A program made the translations under genes and the position numbers. Positions 26,502 through 39,172 of a stretch of DNA of 64,000 nucleotides are shown here, one piece after another. Within the stretch, counting starts at the first letter, position 1, and each line of letters starts with the position of its first letter. The stretch comes from Ruditapes philippinarum. Lineage: Eukaryota. Under the pieces are notes generated by a model, which was given only the letters and a program-made list of their open reading frames with translations, was not told the origin of the DNA and made no database searches. The stretch is from contig NW_026862146.1 in NCBI RefSeq assembly GCF_026571515.1, positions 124,001 to 188,000 on the forward strand, written 5' to 3'.

Positions 26502-29500
26502 CTTAAATAATGACAAGTTTATCAATGAATTATTATACAGTTATGATATGGAATATTTTAAGTTTATGACATAAGCTACGAGTATAATGAGATAAATTAT
26601 ATACATCATGCATAAGAAATGCATATATATTTTTAATTCTTTAGAAATGTCAAACATGTGAGTTATAATGTTCCTTAATGGATTAAGTACATGTTAGATG
26701 TTTAAAAAAAGTAGTGCTGAATATGCAGTTATGTGTCACAAAGGTAGCAAAATGTAAACAAAGTAGTAGATCTATTTTGACTTCCATACAAAAAAGTAAT
26801 TCACTATAATTATACAAAAACTTTTGGAAACTGTAATACGCTCGTATGATACTAAAAATAAACAGAAAAATGATTGCATTTCTTACTCTTAATGGGCATT
26901 TAGAAATGTTATGAGTTAACACAAACAAGTATAATGATTTTTTTACTTCATGATAATTACAGATTATAACATAATATAACGTACGTTGATAACGTAAAAC
27001 ATTCGACAGATGTTGCATAAATGTTACATGTTGATGACAAAAGACATAATTTGTTTATGACATATGGCAGCATACGTTTATGACGTCAATACTACATGTA
27101 TATGTGTATTATGTAAGAGTATTATGTAAGGTATAATGCGTTTATGTCATGGTCATGAGGTAAAAAGGCTTTATGACATATGTTTGATTTTAAAAAAGCT
27201 ATTTAAGCACAAAACTCGGACAAGTTAGTAAAGGAAAAGAGAGATTTTTCTTCCGTAAAACTTTAATCATAATTTCAAGAATTTTTAAAATATTAAAACG
27301 CTGACCTCATTAAGGGTTTTGGTCCTATTGTTCCATTTACTCCCTCCAGTGTTATTGTAATTATACCATCAAAGTTGTTTATAGTACTAATGTTGAGTTG
27401 ATACACATAATCTATATAATATATAATAAACTATATACATGTATATACTTAAACAATAAAATAGAACTAAAACTGCAATACTAGTATTCCTTGCTAAAAT
27501 ATCCCCGAACGCATATCGATTCTTTATTTCATTTCAAATTATTATTTGTGACTAAATTTTCAGCCATATTGCAAAGTTTAAAATGATTCTGTCAAAAAGA
27601 TATTTTGCTATGTGTCAATGTGTAAACATACTGTATTTTCTTTAAAAACAAGGGCATACAAATCTATCATTTCCCTTTAGCAACTATAGAATAAAATCTG
27701 TCGCAAAAGATTTCAGCAAATATTGCACTATGATAGGGATATAAACTAACAAATACAAATTTTAAATCAAATAAGATGTTGCTGAGTTTTCTACCCTTCA
27801 TATAATCCAAGAGAACAACAAAAAAACTCGAATTCAGGGGGGAAAGACTCTAAAAGTAGGACAGTCACCCCCATTTTTTAGGATTCTCTTTAATCATGCA
27901 AATTTTAAATAAATTTTCACTGGTAAATGTGTCTTGCCTTTGTAAGAAAAAAGTACTGAAAATTCCAATTAGGAGCCTAATATCTAAGCACCAATACTTT
28001 TTGAGGTATGCCCCAGACAAACAAAATTTGACATACAAGTTTACCCACCTTACAAAATCGGCTTGCAGGAGTATATTAAATGTATGAAGACTTATGCGTA
28101 GACCTAGAATAATTAGTGGCGACGCCGGTGAGCGGCGTCGTCTTTTATGGAACGCTTTTTATTTTGGCCTATGGAAGGAGCTGTTATTATTAGCAGTTAA
28201 TGTCATGTTGTGTTAATTAGTTTTATTTTGATTCGTAAAAATCAAGTAAACAAATATGTTGTTATATTTGTATTTAATAACTTTATGTAAAAAGCATGTG
28301 CATTGTGATATTATTTTCAGGAAATTGCAGGCTAAGTTTAACAGCTTGTCCCTTAGTTTTATTGACAATACTAAAACCCGGATTTCGAATATCGTTGTGG
28401 TCTACATTGATGCCGTATCCATTCATCATTCATTTATATATTTTCAAAATTTTCCTACAAGAGGAAAGTTCACCTGCAAATGAGTATAAGGATAGGTAAT
28501 TAACTGTTGTTAACGATTATCCTATTGATTTTATCCATGTTACGTTTATCTGTTGCACAGAATGGTTGTTTTTACAAAGTGTACCAGTATCCGGATGTTG
28601 AAAGCTATCCGATTTTCTGCAATTACTGCTGTCACATGGCCAACTATTTTTTATGAATACTTTACCATCAATTTGCATGGCTTATTAAAACTGAGGCTGC
28701 AACATTTCATAATTTTGCTGTTTAGGGTGTTCTCTTGTGTTTCAGGTTTTCTTTATTTTAAGGGGAAGTAACTCATATTTACTAAATTATTTGTTTTTTT
28801 TTCTGTCTATCTTAGGTATTACTTACTAAAATTTACCAGTTGTAAGGTCATCAAAAGCATGTTAATGTAAGGATTTCATATTTATTTAATAGAACTGTAA
28901 ATTATTAATGTTATGTGCATCTTAGTATATTGATATGATGAGACTTATAACATTTCTGAATTTAAAGAGTTACAGTTATGTCATTATTATTAAAGGGATG
29001 AAAATTCATTTAAAGTTATAAATGATAATACATGTATTGATTGAAAATGTCCTTAAACTTGGATAAAGCAATATAATTAATAAAGTCACCAAAAAATCAT
29101 ATTCTGAATAGTTATTCTAACTTTTTTCTAACATGTGCATAGTTTGAAAAGGACAGCTTCTGTCTAATCTGTTTGTAATGGAGGGACACCAGTCTCAACC
29201 TCCAGGTCTCCTGAGTCAACCCAACAACAGACTTTTCATAGAGTAGATTGTTTCTTGCCTTGAATAAATTTGTGCACTAAATTTTATAGTGGGTGATTTG
29301 TGCCACATGAAAACCAACATAGTACAAAAAGTAACCGGTCGCCAGATGAAAACATGAAAATACAATCTACCACAAAGTTGTTCGTTTTTTGCATTTTCAT
29401 GTTTTCGCCCGGTGCATAAAATTTCTTATCATAGACAAAAGGTTAGTTTTTTATTATCACACTGTGTTTATCATAATGTGTTTATCTGTGACGATAACTT

Positions 29501-32500
29501 GTATGAAATATATTATTTAAAATGTACATGCCATTATAGAATTTGTCGTATGATACAATATAAATGATGGCGTCAGACTTAAGTGGATTGACCACAACTA
29601 TTGAAGTATTATTGCTTTATAATTAAGTATTCTGCACTAGTAACATTGTAATGCATGTACTAGTATTAAAATAATGCCTATTAGGTTGATACACATGTAC
29701 ATTGTGAATATATTTAGACCTGTTCCAAGTACGTCCTTAAACATTGATACAAACCCTTAATTCAGTCAATAAAGTCTTCTTTGAGTTCACAGGGGAGTTA
29801 ATCAGGATTCAAAATTCTTCTACAATGATTAATCTCGCTTGTAGTTTGCGAACACTTTAAGAACTAAATTACAAATTCATCAATTTAACACATGTACATG
29901 ATTTCTGTAAGCTTGACGATACTTAACCTTCTTGACATATTAGAATAATGAATGTATGTGATGAGTTACATTTCTATCGTGCTACGAATATAGGCCATAT
30001 TTTTTATCATGTGGCTAAACTTGATATAAAGTAAAGATTGACCCCGGGTTCTTCTTAAAGTTAAATAAAATACATATCTAATGTGAGAGTGACACGTGAC
30101 TGTCATTATTTAAAATAATTTGTTTTAATGTAATATCTAACACACCACAAAATGTTGAGCTAGATTCTGTCTCAAGGTAAAGTTTCCCACGTGCATCAAA
30201 CTGGTCGGCATGGTAACCCATCCTTGAGCATCCGTCATTTTTACACCTCACGCAATGCCCATTGTGGAAGTCGTCTGCACTGGGACACACGAAGGCAGTG
30301 AATGGACATGGAGAGTTGATAGATTCTGTGAAGTAGTAGTACGAGCGTTCGTGACTACATGCCAGTGCTTCCTCCTCGGCTGAAAGAATTACCCGGATGT
30401 AAAATTAAAAACAACGCTTATATCGAAGATATACATTTGTAGCCTTGGTCTGTAAAATCAGTGACAGAAACATGGTAAACAATGCCAAAGAATACTTTGT
30501 TCTAAGTTGAAAATATTGCAACTGTTAGGCAGGTTGGTCCCATGATCAGTCCAACATACAGTTGATCATTTAACCTGCAAGTCAGACCCTATAGTGTGAG
30601 ATGACCAGCCTTGATATCTACAAAACTGATACTGGATAGTTCCAGTGAAATGTAAGCTGGACAAATCCATGTAATAAATTCAGCATGTAATGGGTAAACC
30701 AATAATTTTAGCTTGATAAATGAAAAAAGCTGTTACATTTTCTCAGTAAAGATATCCAAATATTTGATAACTACCATAATAATTAAACAGTGAAGTTATA
30801 GCAGTCCAGCTTGTTGCGCCAAGTTTATCAACAGCGTCGGCCGAGCAGCCTGGTTGACGTTCTCCACCATTAGGGTAAAAGTCAACATGGCCCATTTCTT
30901 GTGTAGCACCAAAACCAATGTTCTTAATACCGCCGCCGTCTGTGTGAATGACGTCAACAAAATCTGCGTCGCTTGGGTCCAGACGAACTTTTATATCCAT
31001 GTTTTCAAAATAAGGACTAGCCGGGTCAAGCCCTGTAAATTTTTATTTTGATAGAATTATATTGCATATAAGATACAAATACACAGATACATTTCAATAC
31101 AATACCTCCTTTATATGCTTAACATGTGTTTAAATACGAAACATAATTATGCATTATGTTTTTGTGCCCCCACGTTAGTGGCGGGCATTTAGATTTACCC
31201 TTGTCCGTCCGTCCTTCCGTCCGTCCGTCCGTCCGTTCACTTTTGTGTCGCACGTAACTCAAAAAGTATTTGACCTAGAGTCATGAAACTTTACAGGAAT
31301 GTTGATCAGCATGTGTAGTTGTGCACCTGGGTATTTTCATCTGGATATTTTTAGTATTTTCAGAGTTATTGCCCTTGACTTAGTAAAATTTTGCAATTTT
31401 CAACTTGTGTCGCATGTAACTCAAAAAGTATTTGACCTAGAGTCATGAAACTTTACAGGAATGTTGATCAGCATGTGTTGTTGTGCACCTAGGTATTTTC
31501 TTGTGGATTTATTTAGTATTTTCAGAGTTATTGCCCTTGACTTAGTAAAATTTTGCAATTTTCAACTTGTGTCGCATGTAACTCAAAAAGTATTTGACCT
31601 AGAGTCATGAAACTTTACAGGAATGATGATCAGCATGTTAGTTGTGCACCTGGGTATTTTCGTGTGGATATTTTTAGTATTTTCAGAGTTATTGCCCTTG
31701 ACTTAGTAAAATTTTGCAATTTTCAACTTGTGTCGCACGTTACTCAAAAAGTATTTAACCTAGAGTCATGAAATCTTAACAGGAATGTTGATCAGCATGT
31801 TTAGTTGTGCACCTGGGTATTTTCGTGTGGATTTATTTAGTATTTTCAGAGTTATTGCCCTTGACTTAGTAAAATTTTGCAATTTTCAACTTGTGTCGCA
31901 TGTAACTCAAAAAGTATTTGACCTAGAGTCATGAAACTTTACAGGAATGTTGATCAGCATGTTTAGTTGTGCACCTGGGTATTTTAGTGTGGATATTTTT
32001 AGTATTTTCAGAGTTATTGCCCTTGACTTAGTAAAATTTTGCAATTTTCAACTTGTGTCGCACGTTACTCAAAAAGTATTTAACCTAGAGTCATGAATCT
32101 TAACAGGAATGTTGATCAGCATGTTTAGTTGTGCACCTGGGTATTTTCGTGTGGATATTTTTAGTATTTTCGAAGTTATTGCCCTTGACTTAGTAAAATT
32201 TTGCAATTTTCAACATGTGTCGCACGTAACTCAAAAAGTATTTGACCTAGAGTCATGTAACTTTACAGGAATGTTAATCAGCATGTTCAGTTGTGCACCA
32301 GGTATTTTCGTCTGGATTTATTTAGTATTTTTAGAGTTATTGCCCTTCACTTAGAAAATTTTTGCAATTTTCAACTTGTGTCGCAAGTTACTCAAAAAGG
32401 ATTTGTCATAGTCATTAAACCTTATGGGCAGGTTGCTCAGCATATTTAGATTTGCACCTGGGGTTTCGCTTGTGGATTTATCCAGTATTTGTAGAGTTAT

Positions 32501-35500
32501 TTCCCTTGACTTAGTAAAAAGATTGACAGAACAGTGGCGCGGTGGGGGCACCCGTGTCCCATGGACACATTTCTAGTTTTACATTGTCACATTTTTTATT
32601 CTTTTTTTTTTTCAAAATGTTCCAAATTCAAAGTCGAGTAAACAAATAATTTAGTAAGTTAAGAGCTTAAGAATTATATAATTTGACGAACCATTCATTT
32701 CAGCTTTTTTTTTTTTTTTTTGGGGGGGGGGGGTTATTTAAATATAGGTAAAATATATTTATATCGTACATTATGTAGAAAAACGACAGGTTTGTTGTAT
32801 GACAACCTACTACGAATCTTATTGTCGTATCTAATTTGAAACCGTGACACATGTGTTTTGAAATAAAAAAAAAGGATAGTGAAAAAAATTCGAGAACAAA
32901 AAAAAATCCATTTTACTTTCAAAAAAAATATTTCTTTTCTATCTTTGGGAATCACTTATGTTCTGAGTGCTAAAGAACAACCTATTTGTACTAAGCAAGA
33001 TGGAAGTCTCTGTTATTAGTGAGAATGTTCTATGTTTGATACTGTACTTTTGGCATTGAAAGTCAAGTGTGAGAAAAAATAACATCAAATTTGCATCAAG
33101 ATCAGCAGCAAATTGAATAAACAATTTAACCAAGCGATTACCATCGTAATCAGAATAACTACATTTATTTCTCACCCTGAACATGTTTAAACCGGAAGTG
33201 AGCCTGCCAAGTCTTGCTAGGCTCTATACCGTTGGTACATTTTTTTTTCTTTTTGAAATATAAAGCTGTTCGAAATTCAAAGTCGAGTAAACTAAGACAT
33301 GTAATTTAGAAAATTAAGGGCTAATACAGCATATGCTTTCATGCTTTACTGCAAATCAATAAAATTTGAAGAAACATTCATTGATTTTCATATTGCTCTG
33401 ATATTGTTATCAGCTGAGGTGATCTTTTTGTCGTATTTTTTTTTTTTTTTTTGGGGGGGGGGGGAGAAATGGGGGCAGGGTGTTAACAAACTAACCGGCC
33501 ATTGTATAGTACGGCAAATTTAACACCTATGTATAGGACATTCACAGCATAATTAGAACTGAAAATCTGCATCATCATCCATCTTACCTGAGATTCTAGC
33601 AAGGTGACTTATTCTCTCCCCGGCATACCCAGCAACGTGTGCTCCTAAACTGTGTCCGATAATGTGGAACATTGCCGAGGTGGAGCTATAGCCCTTTATA
33701 AGCTTGTTGACGAGTTGGGCTAGCTGGGCTCCAACCACTCGTGTGTTAGCAGTAGCCTTCTCGTATGGTAACACTGCTCCGTTATGCCAGTCCACGGTAA
33801 TCACGTTGAAGTCACCCTTGATTATGACATAAAATAAAATGTAAAACATAATACTGATATTAAACGATAATTAAAGTGAATTATAATGTTGTGTGTTCTT
33901 CATCCATTTCCTAAAGATTGCCAAAATTATATACTGTGAAATAATTCAATTTCGTGGGCATGAAATTTCGTCTTTTTATTTCGTTGGTTCTTAATGCTGT
34001 CAATTGTTTGCTTTTGCAAAATAGAAAAATGAAAATAATGCAATGCAAAATAATCTTACAGCAGTAGAAATTAAGTTTCGTTAGATTTTAAATTCGTTGA
34101 TTGGCCTATCCACGATAAACAAGAAACCAGTCATCCAAGAATGATACTGATATTAAAACTTTTAAAGTAAAATTTCGCACGATGTACATAGTCTTTATAC
34201 TAGAGATCTTTTACTCCTAGTTATGATTTTTGGAAGCTAATTATTCAATTAAACACACAGTTTGTTTTTTTTGCTTTTTTTTTTTTTCTCTTTTTTTTTC
34301 TGTTTTTGCCAAGGAGCCAGGGCTGTGTTCAATATCAGTACACCAACTGTTGTTCGAGAAAGAGATAGCATGTTATATTTCTGAGTCATAAATTTACGAG
34401 TTGCGACGTGGTGAGTGATTTACGCATCTGACTAGTAATCTAAGGATTGCTAGTCATTTGTGTTCAAACCCCGTCTGGGACAAGCCGTTGTTTTCTTGAG
34501 CAAGAAACTTGTACCTCATTGTTTACTAATGATTGGTTCCAGGAACGGATTTGAGAGTTCTTCAATAAGCTTATCGTTTCCAACACAATCGAACTAAGGT
34601 TGAAAAAATTTAAACTAATCATAGATCAGAGATATTTCTCAGATTTTTCTCACCGCGATTAGAAGTTCCTTGGTCATATCAAGAATCCATGTTCTGTGGG
34701 CATTATGGGTAAAACCGTGCACGATAATTTTTGTTGGTTTTGACCCATCAAAATTTGAACTTTGTATTGTCGTGTCAGCGTGCGGGTCAAGTGCTTGCTC
34801 CTGTGCCATGGTAGGATTGGCCCTGAATTGAAAACAATTGTCATTAAGGTTTTTATTTCAATTTATTTATAAATTATTTAATTTCTTCAACTGTATTTCA
34901 ATCTTTATGGTACCGGTATACTCTACTTATTTTACAGAGTTAACTTCTGCAATCAATTTTTGGAATCATTTCTAACGTAATCATGTTGCTTATATGTCTG
35001 TGGTTCCTTCACAGACCAGTCTTCATTCATGCTCAAACTTTAAAATGCCATATCATTCAAGATATACTTTACGAGTTTAATTACACATTTATGCCAATTT
35101 ATAGATAAAACATTAAATGCTGTAACCTAGCAAAATTATCATTTTTTATAGTAACAGATAATATTCTTTTCACGATTGAACAGAGTGTTAAAGATGTCAT
35201 ATACCGCGTATACAGCAAAAATCGCGTGCCTATCTTTGCAGGTGATTCTGGGGCTACTGATAATGGTCGATGCAAAAGGTCAAGGAATGGTATCCCATTA
35301 TTGAAACATCCGAGATCCCCGTAACATACTGTATGTGGTAGATGGTTTGTAATGACGTCAAACAAAAAGCCTGAAATATATATTCAATACGTAGTAAGCT
35401 ATGAAAATAGGGAACATTGTTAACACAGTTTCATATTGATAGTTGAAGTTCCGAAACTAAGGATACATTTGCACACTTGTTCTATTTCACTGTTATCAAA

Positions 35501-36825
35501 ATCTTCCAAATATAGAAGTCACTTCTACACTGAGTGTGGCAATCAACAGACAATCCTGATCATGATCTTTATATAGTAATGTTTGTTATCAGAAGATATA
35601 TGCCTAGTTGTGTATTAAAAGGGCAGCCTAGTACAAAAGACCTTAATTTTGCCTTATGACTTGTAGTCCTCCATTAGTGTAAATGCCAAACATTAAACTT
35701 ACGGAGGCTTACAATCGTCTATTGAAGTGAAGCATTGACAAATAAGTTAATTTTCTTATTCCTTTTCTAATGTTCTAATGCGTTTTATTTTGTGTTTTTT
35801 TTAAAGTTCCGCAGTTACAATAAAAGTCATAAAATGGCGACTTTCTATGTTTTAATGGTGGTTTTCACCGCATTTTACCCGGCACGAGTAGACATCCGGT
35901 ACAACCAACCGATCTTCTGTACCAAGCTTGATAGCTCATCACTTGATATAATATGACTTTTCAGACGTACTCTTCAGTATATTGTAATAATTTATTATAA
36001 TTATCAATGTTGAAAATATTTATGCCATCGTGCTAGGACTGAAAAAGCAGTCAAAACGCTGTATGTGTAATGTTGAAAATATTTATGCCATCGTGCTAGG
36101 ACTGAAAAAGCAGTCAAAACGCTGTATGTGTCATGTTGAAAATATTTATGCCATCGTGCTAGGACTGAAAAAGCAGTCAAAACGCTGTATGTGTCATGTT
36201 GAAAATATTTATGCCATCGTGCTAGGACTGAAAAAGCAGTCAAAACGCTGTATGTGTCATGTTGAAAATATTTATGCCATCGTGCTAGGACTGAAAAAGC
36301 AGTCAAAACGCTGTATGTGTCATGTTGAAAATATTTATGCCATCGTGCTAGGACTGAAAAAGCAGTCAAAACGCTGTATGTGTCATGTTGAAAATATTTA
36401 TGCCATCGTGCTAGGACTGAAAAAGCAGTCAAAACGCTGTATGTGTCATACAGCGTTTTGACTGCTTTTTTAGTCCATACAGCATTTTGACTGCTTTTTT
36501 AGTCCTAGCACGATGGCATAAATATTTTCAACATTGATAATAACAATATAGGTTGTATTTTATGTGTATTTCAAAAAAATAGCGTAATTAACCTTCCTAA
36601 AAATGATCTGTTCCTAAAAATGATCTGTTTTAGATTATTAAACATTAAATGCAAAATGATTTTCACGTTGACTATTTGGCCGAAATATTGTCACACCGTA
36701 GTTAGTTTTGAAACCAAAAGTAAGACTAAAAGAAATCAAACAATTATGATAATTCAAAGTTACTTACCATTGGCGGAGTTTAATAGAACGGCAAAAGACA
36801 GAAAGAAATTCAACTTAGTGTCCAT
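26316..36825 (-). CDS. Pancreatic lipase-related protein (PNLIP/PNLIPRP family), spliced gene span; terminal exon not resolved
   Basis: Eight GT-AG exons join in frame: 36825-36768, 35370-35205, 34822-34654, 33816-33588, 31032-30775, 30379-30146, 27411-27306, 26501-26316. They give a signal peptide, VCYGDLGCF, IVHGF, VDW, GHSLG (Ser), LDPA (Asp), DVIHTD, GHVDFYPNGG, CSH (His) and a PLAT-like C-terminal domain. Confidence 0.93.
27306..27411 (-). CDS. Lipase exon 7 (PLAT domain start)
   Basis: DYVYQLNISTINNFDGIITITLEGVNGTIGPKPLMS; phase 1 to phase 2 bridges exons 6 and 8. Confidence 0.8.
30146..30379 (-). CDS. Lipase exon 6 (catalytic His)
   Basis: ACSHERSYYYFTESINSPCPF...MGYHAD...LYLET...FC. 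Confidence 0.93.
30775..31032 (-). CDS. Lipase exon 5 (catalytic Asp, lid start)
   Basis: LDPASPYF...RLDPSDADFVDVIHTD...GHVDFYPNGGERQPGC. Confidence 0.95.
31159..32578 (-). mobile_element. Satellite-carrying element with eight ~162-bp units, in lipase intron 4
   Basis: Terminal palindrome tgcccccacgttagtggcgggca, (GTCC)n, units starting ttgtgtcgca at about 31243, 31405, 31567, 31728, 31891, 32053, 32215 and 32376; ends gtgtcccatggacacatttctagtt. Confidence 0.88.
33588..33816 (-). CDS. Lipase exon 4 (nucleophile elbow)
   Basis: DFNVITVDW...HIIGHSLGAHVAGYAG...RISG. Confidence 0.95.
34400..34615 (+). mobile_element. tRNA-derived SINE with conserved central domain
   Basis: A/B box remnants (gttcaaacc) then cttgagcaagaaacttgtacctcattg...ggttccaggaacggatttgag. 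Confidence 0.6.
34654..34822 (-). CDS. Lipase exon 3
   Basis: SNFDGSKPTKIIVHGF...WILDMTKELL; phases consistent. Confidence 0.92.
35205..35370 (-). CDS. Lipase exon 2
   Basis: VCYGDLGCF...PESPAKIGTRFLLYTR; AG/GT boundaries. Confidence 0.92.
36001..36540. mobile_element. Fold-back MITE with left arm amplified into 7 x 63-bp tandem units; TAA TSD
   Basis: ttatcaatgttgaaaatatttatgccatcgtgctaggact... at the left end and its reverse complement ending at 36540; taa at 35998-36000 and 36541-36543. Confidence 0.88.
36768..36825 (-). CDS. Lipase exon 1 (signal peptide MDTKLNFFLSFAVLLNSAN)
   Basis: ATG, hydrophobic stretch, gtaagt donor; phase 1 matches the next exon. Confidence 0.8.
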
Positions 36826-36862
36826 CTTGTAAATTTGGTCGCAGACTTCTAAATGATAAGAC

Positions 36863-36871
36863 ATATATAGA
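36863..36871 (-). promoter_or_regulatory. Candidate TATA-like box of the lipase gene
   Basis: CTATATATG on the minus strand about 40 nt upstream of the ATG. AT-rich background makes this weak. Confidence 0.3.
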
Positions 36872-38005
36872 AGTCACATACCAATCTATGGAGATAAAAT
36901 ACTAGTCTCACGTAATTTACCGACTTAAACAAACCTTGAGACATAGCAAAACCGTCCTAAAGTATAATCACGTTTAACGAGGATGATCACTTTTCGGAGT
37001 ATAAAATTATCTATTTGCAAGTGAGCGTCTTCTTTGACGAACGGTGCCCTTTTTTTCTTACAAAATATTTACAGTACGTTTTGATTATTGTGACTTTTAC
37101 CCATACAGCTGTAGATAGGTTACTATCTATAAATCAAGATTTAACATATGAATATAAAAATAATATCCATCTGTCCGTACGTTTGTACATTTTTTCGTAT
37201 CCGATCTGTTGAAGCAGTATGCCACCAGATTCATGCTAATTTTCATGAAAATTTTGAAAATGTATTTAAAAGGTAAATGAACAAAGTAATCAACACATTG
37301 AAATCGGCACTTACAATCAACGTAAATTACCAAAAACAAGAAGTGGAACTGGAAACGGACAAATTCCCCCAAACACGGTCCAGTAGAGGAACACGACCTT
37401 CGACTTGCATCAATGCACGGTTACTAACATTAACAAAACATTTTATTCTTATTTCAAAAGTCATCCGTGAATGAATCCTAAGATATGACCAAACACCAGC
37501 GTCCAATACATTTATGTATAATATTTTTACCATGCAGGAATGACAGAATTGTTGACCAGGCACGAACGTCAGTTTACTTTTTATCATGACTTTTGATCTA
37601 CAAGCGTGTCCTTGACCTTTGAGGAAGGGGCCGGATTCTTGCGCGCGACACGTCATTGGGTCCAGCACATTTATACATATTTTTTAATCCATCTATCAAT
37701 GACAGAATTGTTGATCGGACATGACATCAGTGCAGTCTTACAAATATTTCTTTGCCTCTAAAGTCAGTGTGACCTTGGCGATCGAGCTTCAGACCAAGAT
37801 GGTGTTGCACCAATGTGCTACACATTTATACAAAAATATTTAAAATCCTTCCATAAATGACAAAGTTATTGACTGGACAGTTCGGACGGACGGATGCTAC
37901 AAAAAGAAAAGTTCCCTATTTCGGAAAGCATACAAAAAGTGTAAAACTATGTAAAAATAACAAGTACCGAGTTAGTCACGCAGTAGAAATATGATGAATA
38001 CTGTA

Positions 38006-39172
38006 AACAAGAGCTGTCACAGGAGACAGCGAAGCTCGACTAATAAAATACTGGACGCAGTAAGGAGGACAAAACTATGAAAGAAAAATCCATTATGTAT
38101 AATTATGTATTAAGTTATAGAAAAAAAATAACATTTGTTAACATTAATTCCAAGATCAAGGGGAATAATTCTAGAAATAGTCATGCTAGAGTTATGGACC
38201 TTGTCACACAACATTTGTGTAATGATAAGAAATATATATTTGAAGTTTGAAGTAGATACCTTAAAAAGTAAAGAAGTTATTATATTTCTTAAAGAAAATC
38301 CTAAGTTCAAAGACAGATAAATCTGTAAATATTGCTTCAAGAGTTATGAACATTGTCACATAAAATGTAATTGATCATAAGGAATAAGTATTTGAAGTTT
38401 GAGGTAGATACCTTTAAAAATAAAAAAGTTATAATAAAAAATAACATTTTTCTAGTAAAAAAATCTAAGTTTATGGAGAGATAATTCTTGCAAAATTGGT
38501 GCTAGAGTTATGAACCTTGTCACATAAGATGTGGATGATGATAACGTATATATATATTTGAAGTATGAAGTTGATCCCTTTAGAAATAAATAAGTAACAG
38601 TGAAAAATATATTTTTTATGGAAAATTCTAAGTTCAAAGGGGAGATAAATCTGAAAATATTGGTGCTAGAGTTATGAACCTTGTCACATAAGATGGGGAT
38701 GATGATAACGTAAATATATTTGAAGTATGAGGTTGATCCCTTAAGAAATAAAGAAGAAACAGTAAGAAATAGTATTTTTTGAGGACAATTCTAAGTTCAA
38801 GGGGAGATAAATCTGAAAATATTGGTGCTAGAGTTATAAACCTTGTCGCATAATATGGGGTTGGTGATAAGGAACATATGTTTGAAGTTTCAAGTCGATA
38901 CCTTTTGAAATAAAAAACATATTTTTAAGGAAAATTCAAGTTCAAGGGGAGATAAATCTGAAAATAGTGTTGTTATATTTATTAACCTTGTCACATAAGA
39001 TGTGGTTGATGATAAGGAACATGAATTTGAAGTTTGAAGTTGATACCTTAAGAAATAAAGAATTTATAGTGAAAAACATTTTACTGCACCAAAACTTTAA
39101 TCTAAAATCTGGACGCGGATGCCGGGGCGAGTAGGACAGCTCTCCATATACTTCGTATAGTTGAGCTAAAAA
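38006..39172 (+). mobile_element. Satellite-carrying element, different subfamily, with diverged ~160-bp units
   Basis: aacaagagctgtc start; repeated gctagagttatgaaccttgtcaca...tttgaagtttga; ends acagctctcc...tatacttcgtata...gagctaaaaa. Confidence 0.75.

Noticed and set aside
36004-36461. 63-bp repeats as a CRISPR array or a 21-aa repeat protein
   Set aside because: Units are contiguous with no unique spacers, there are no cas genes, and the context is a eukaryotic intron. The ORFs arise because the unit length is a multiple of 3.
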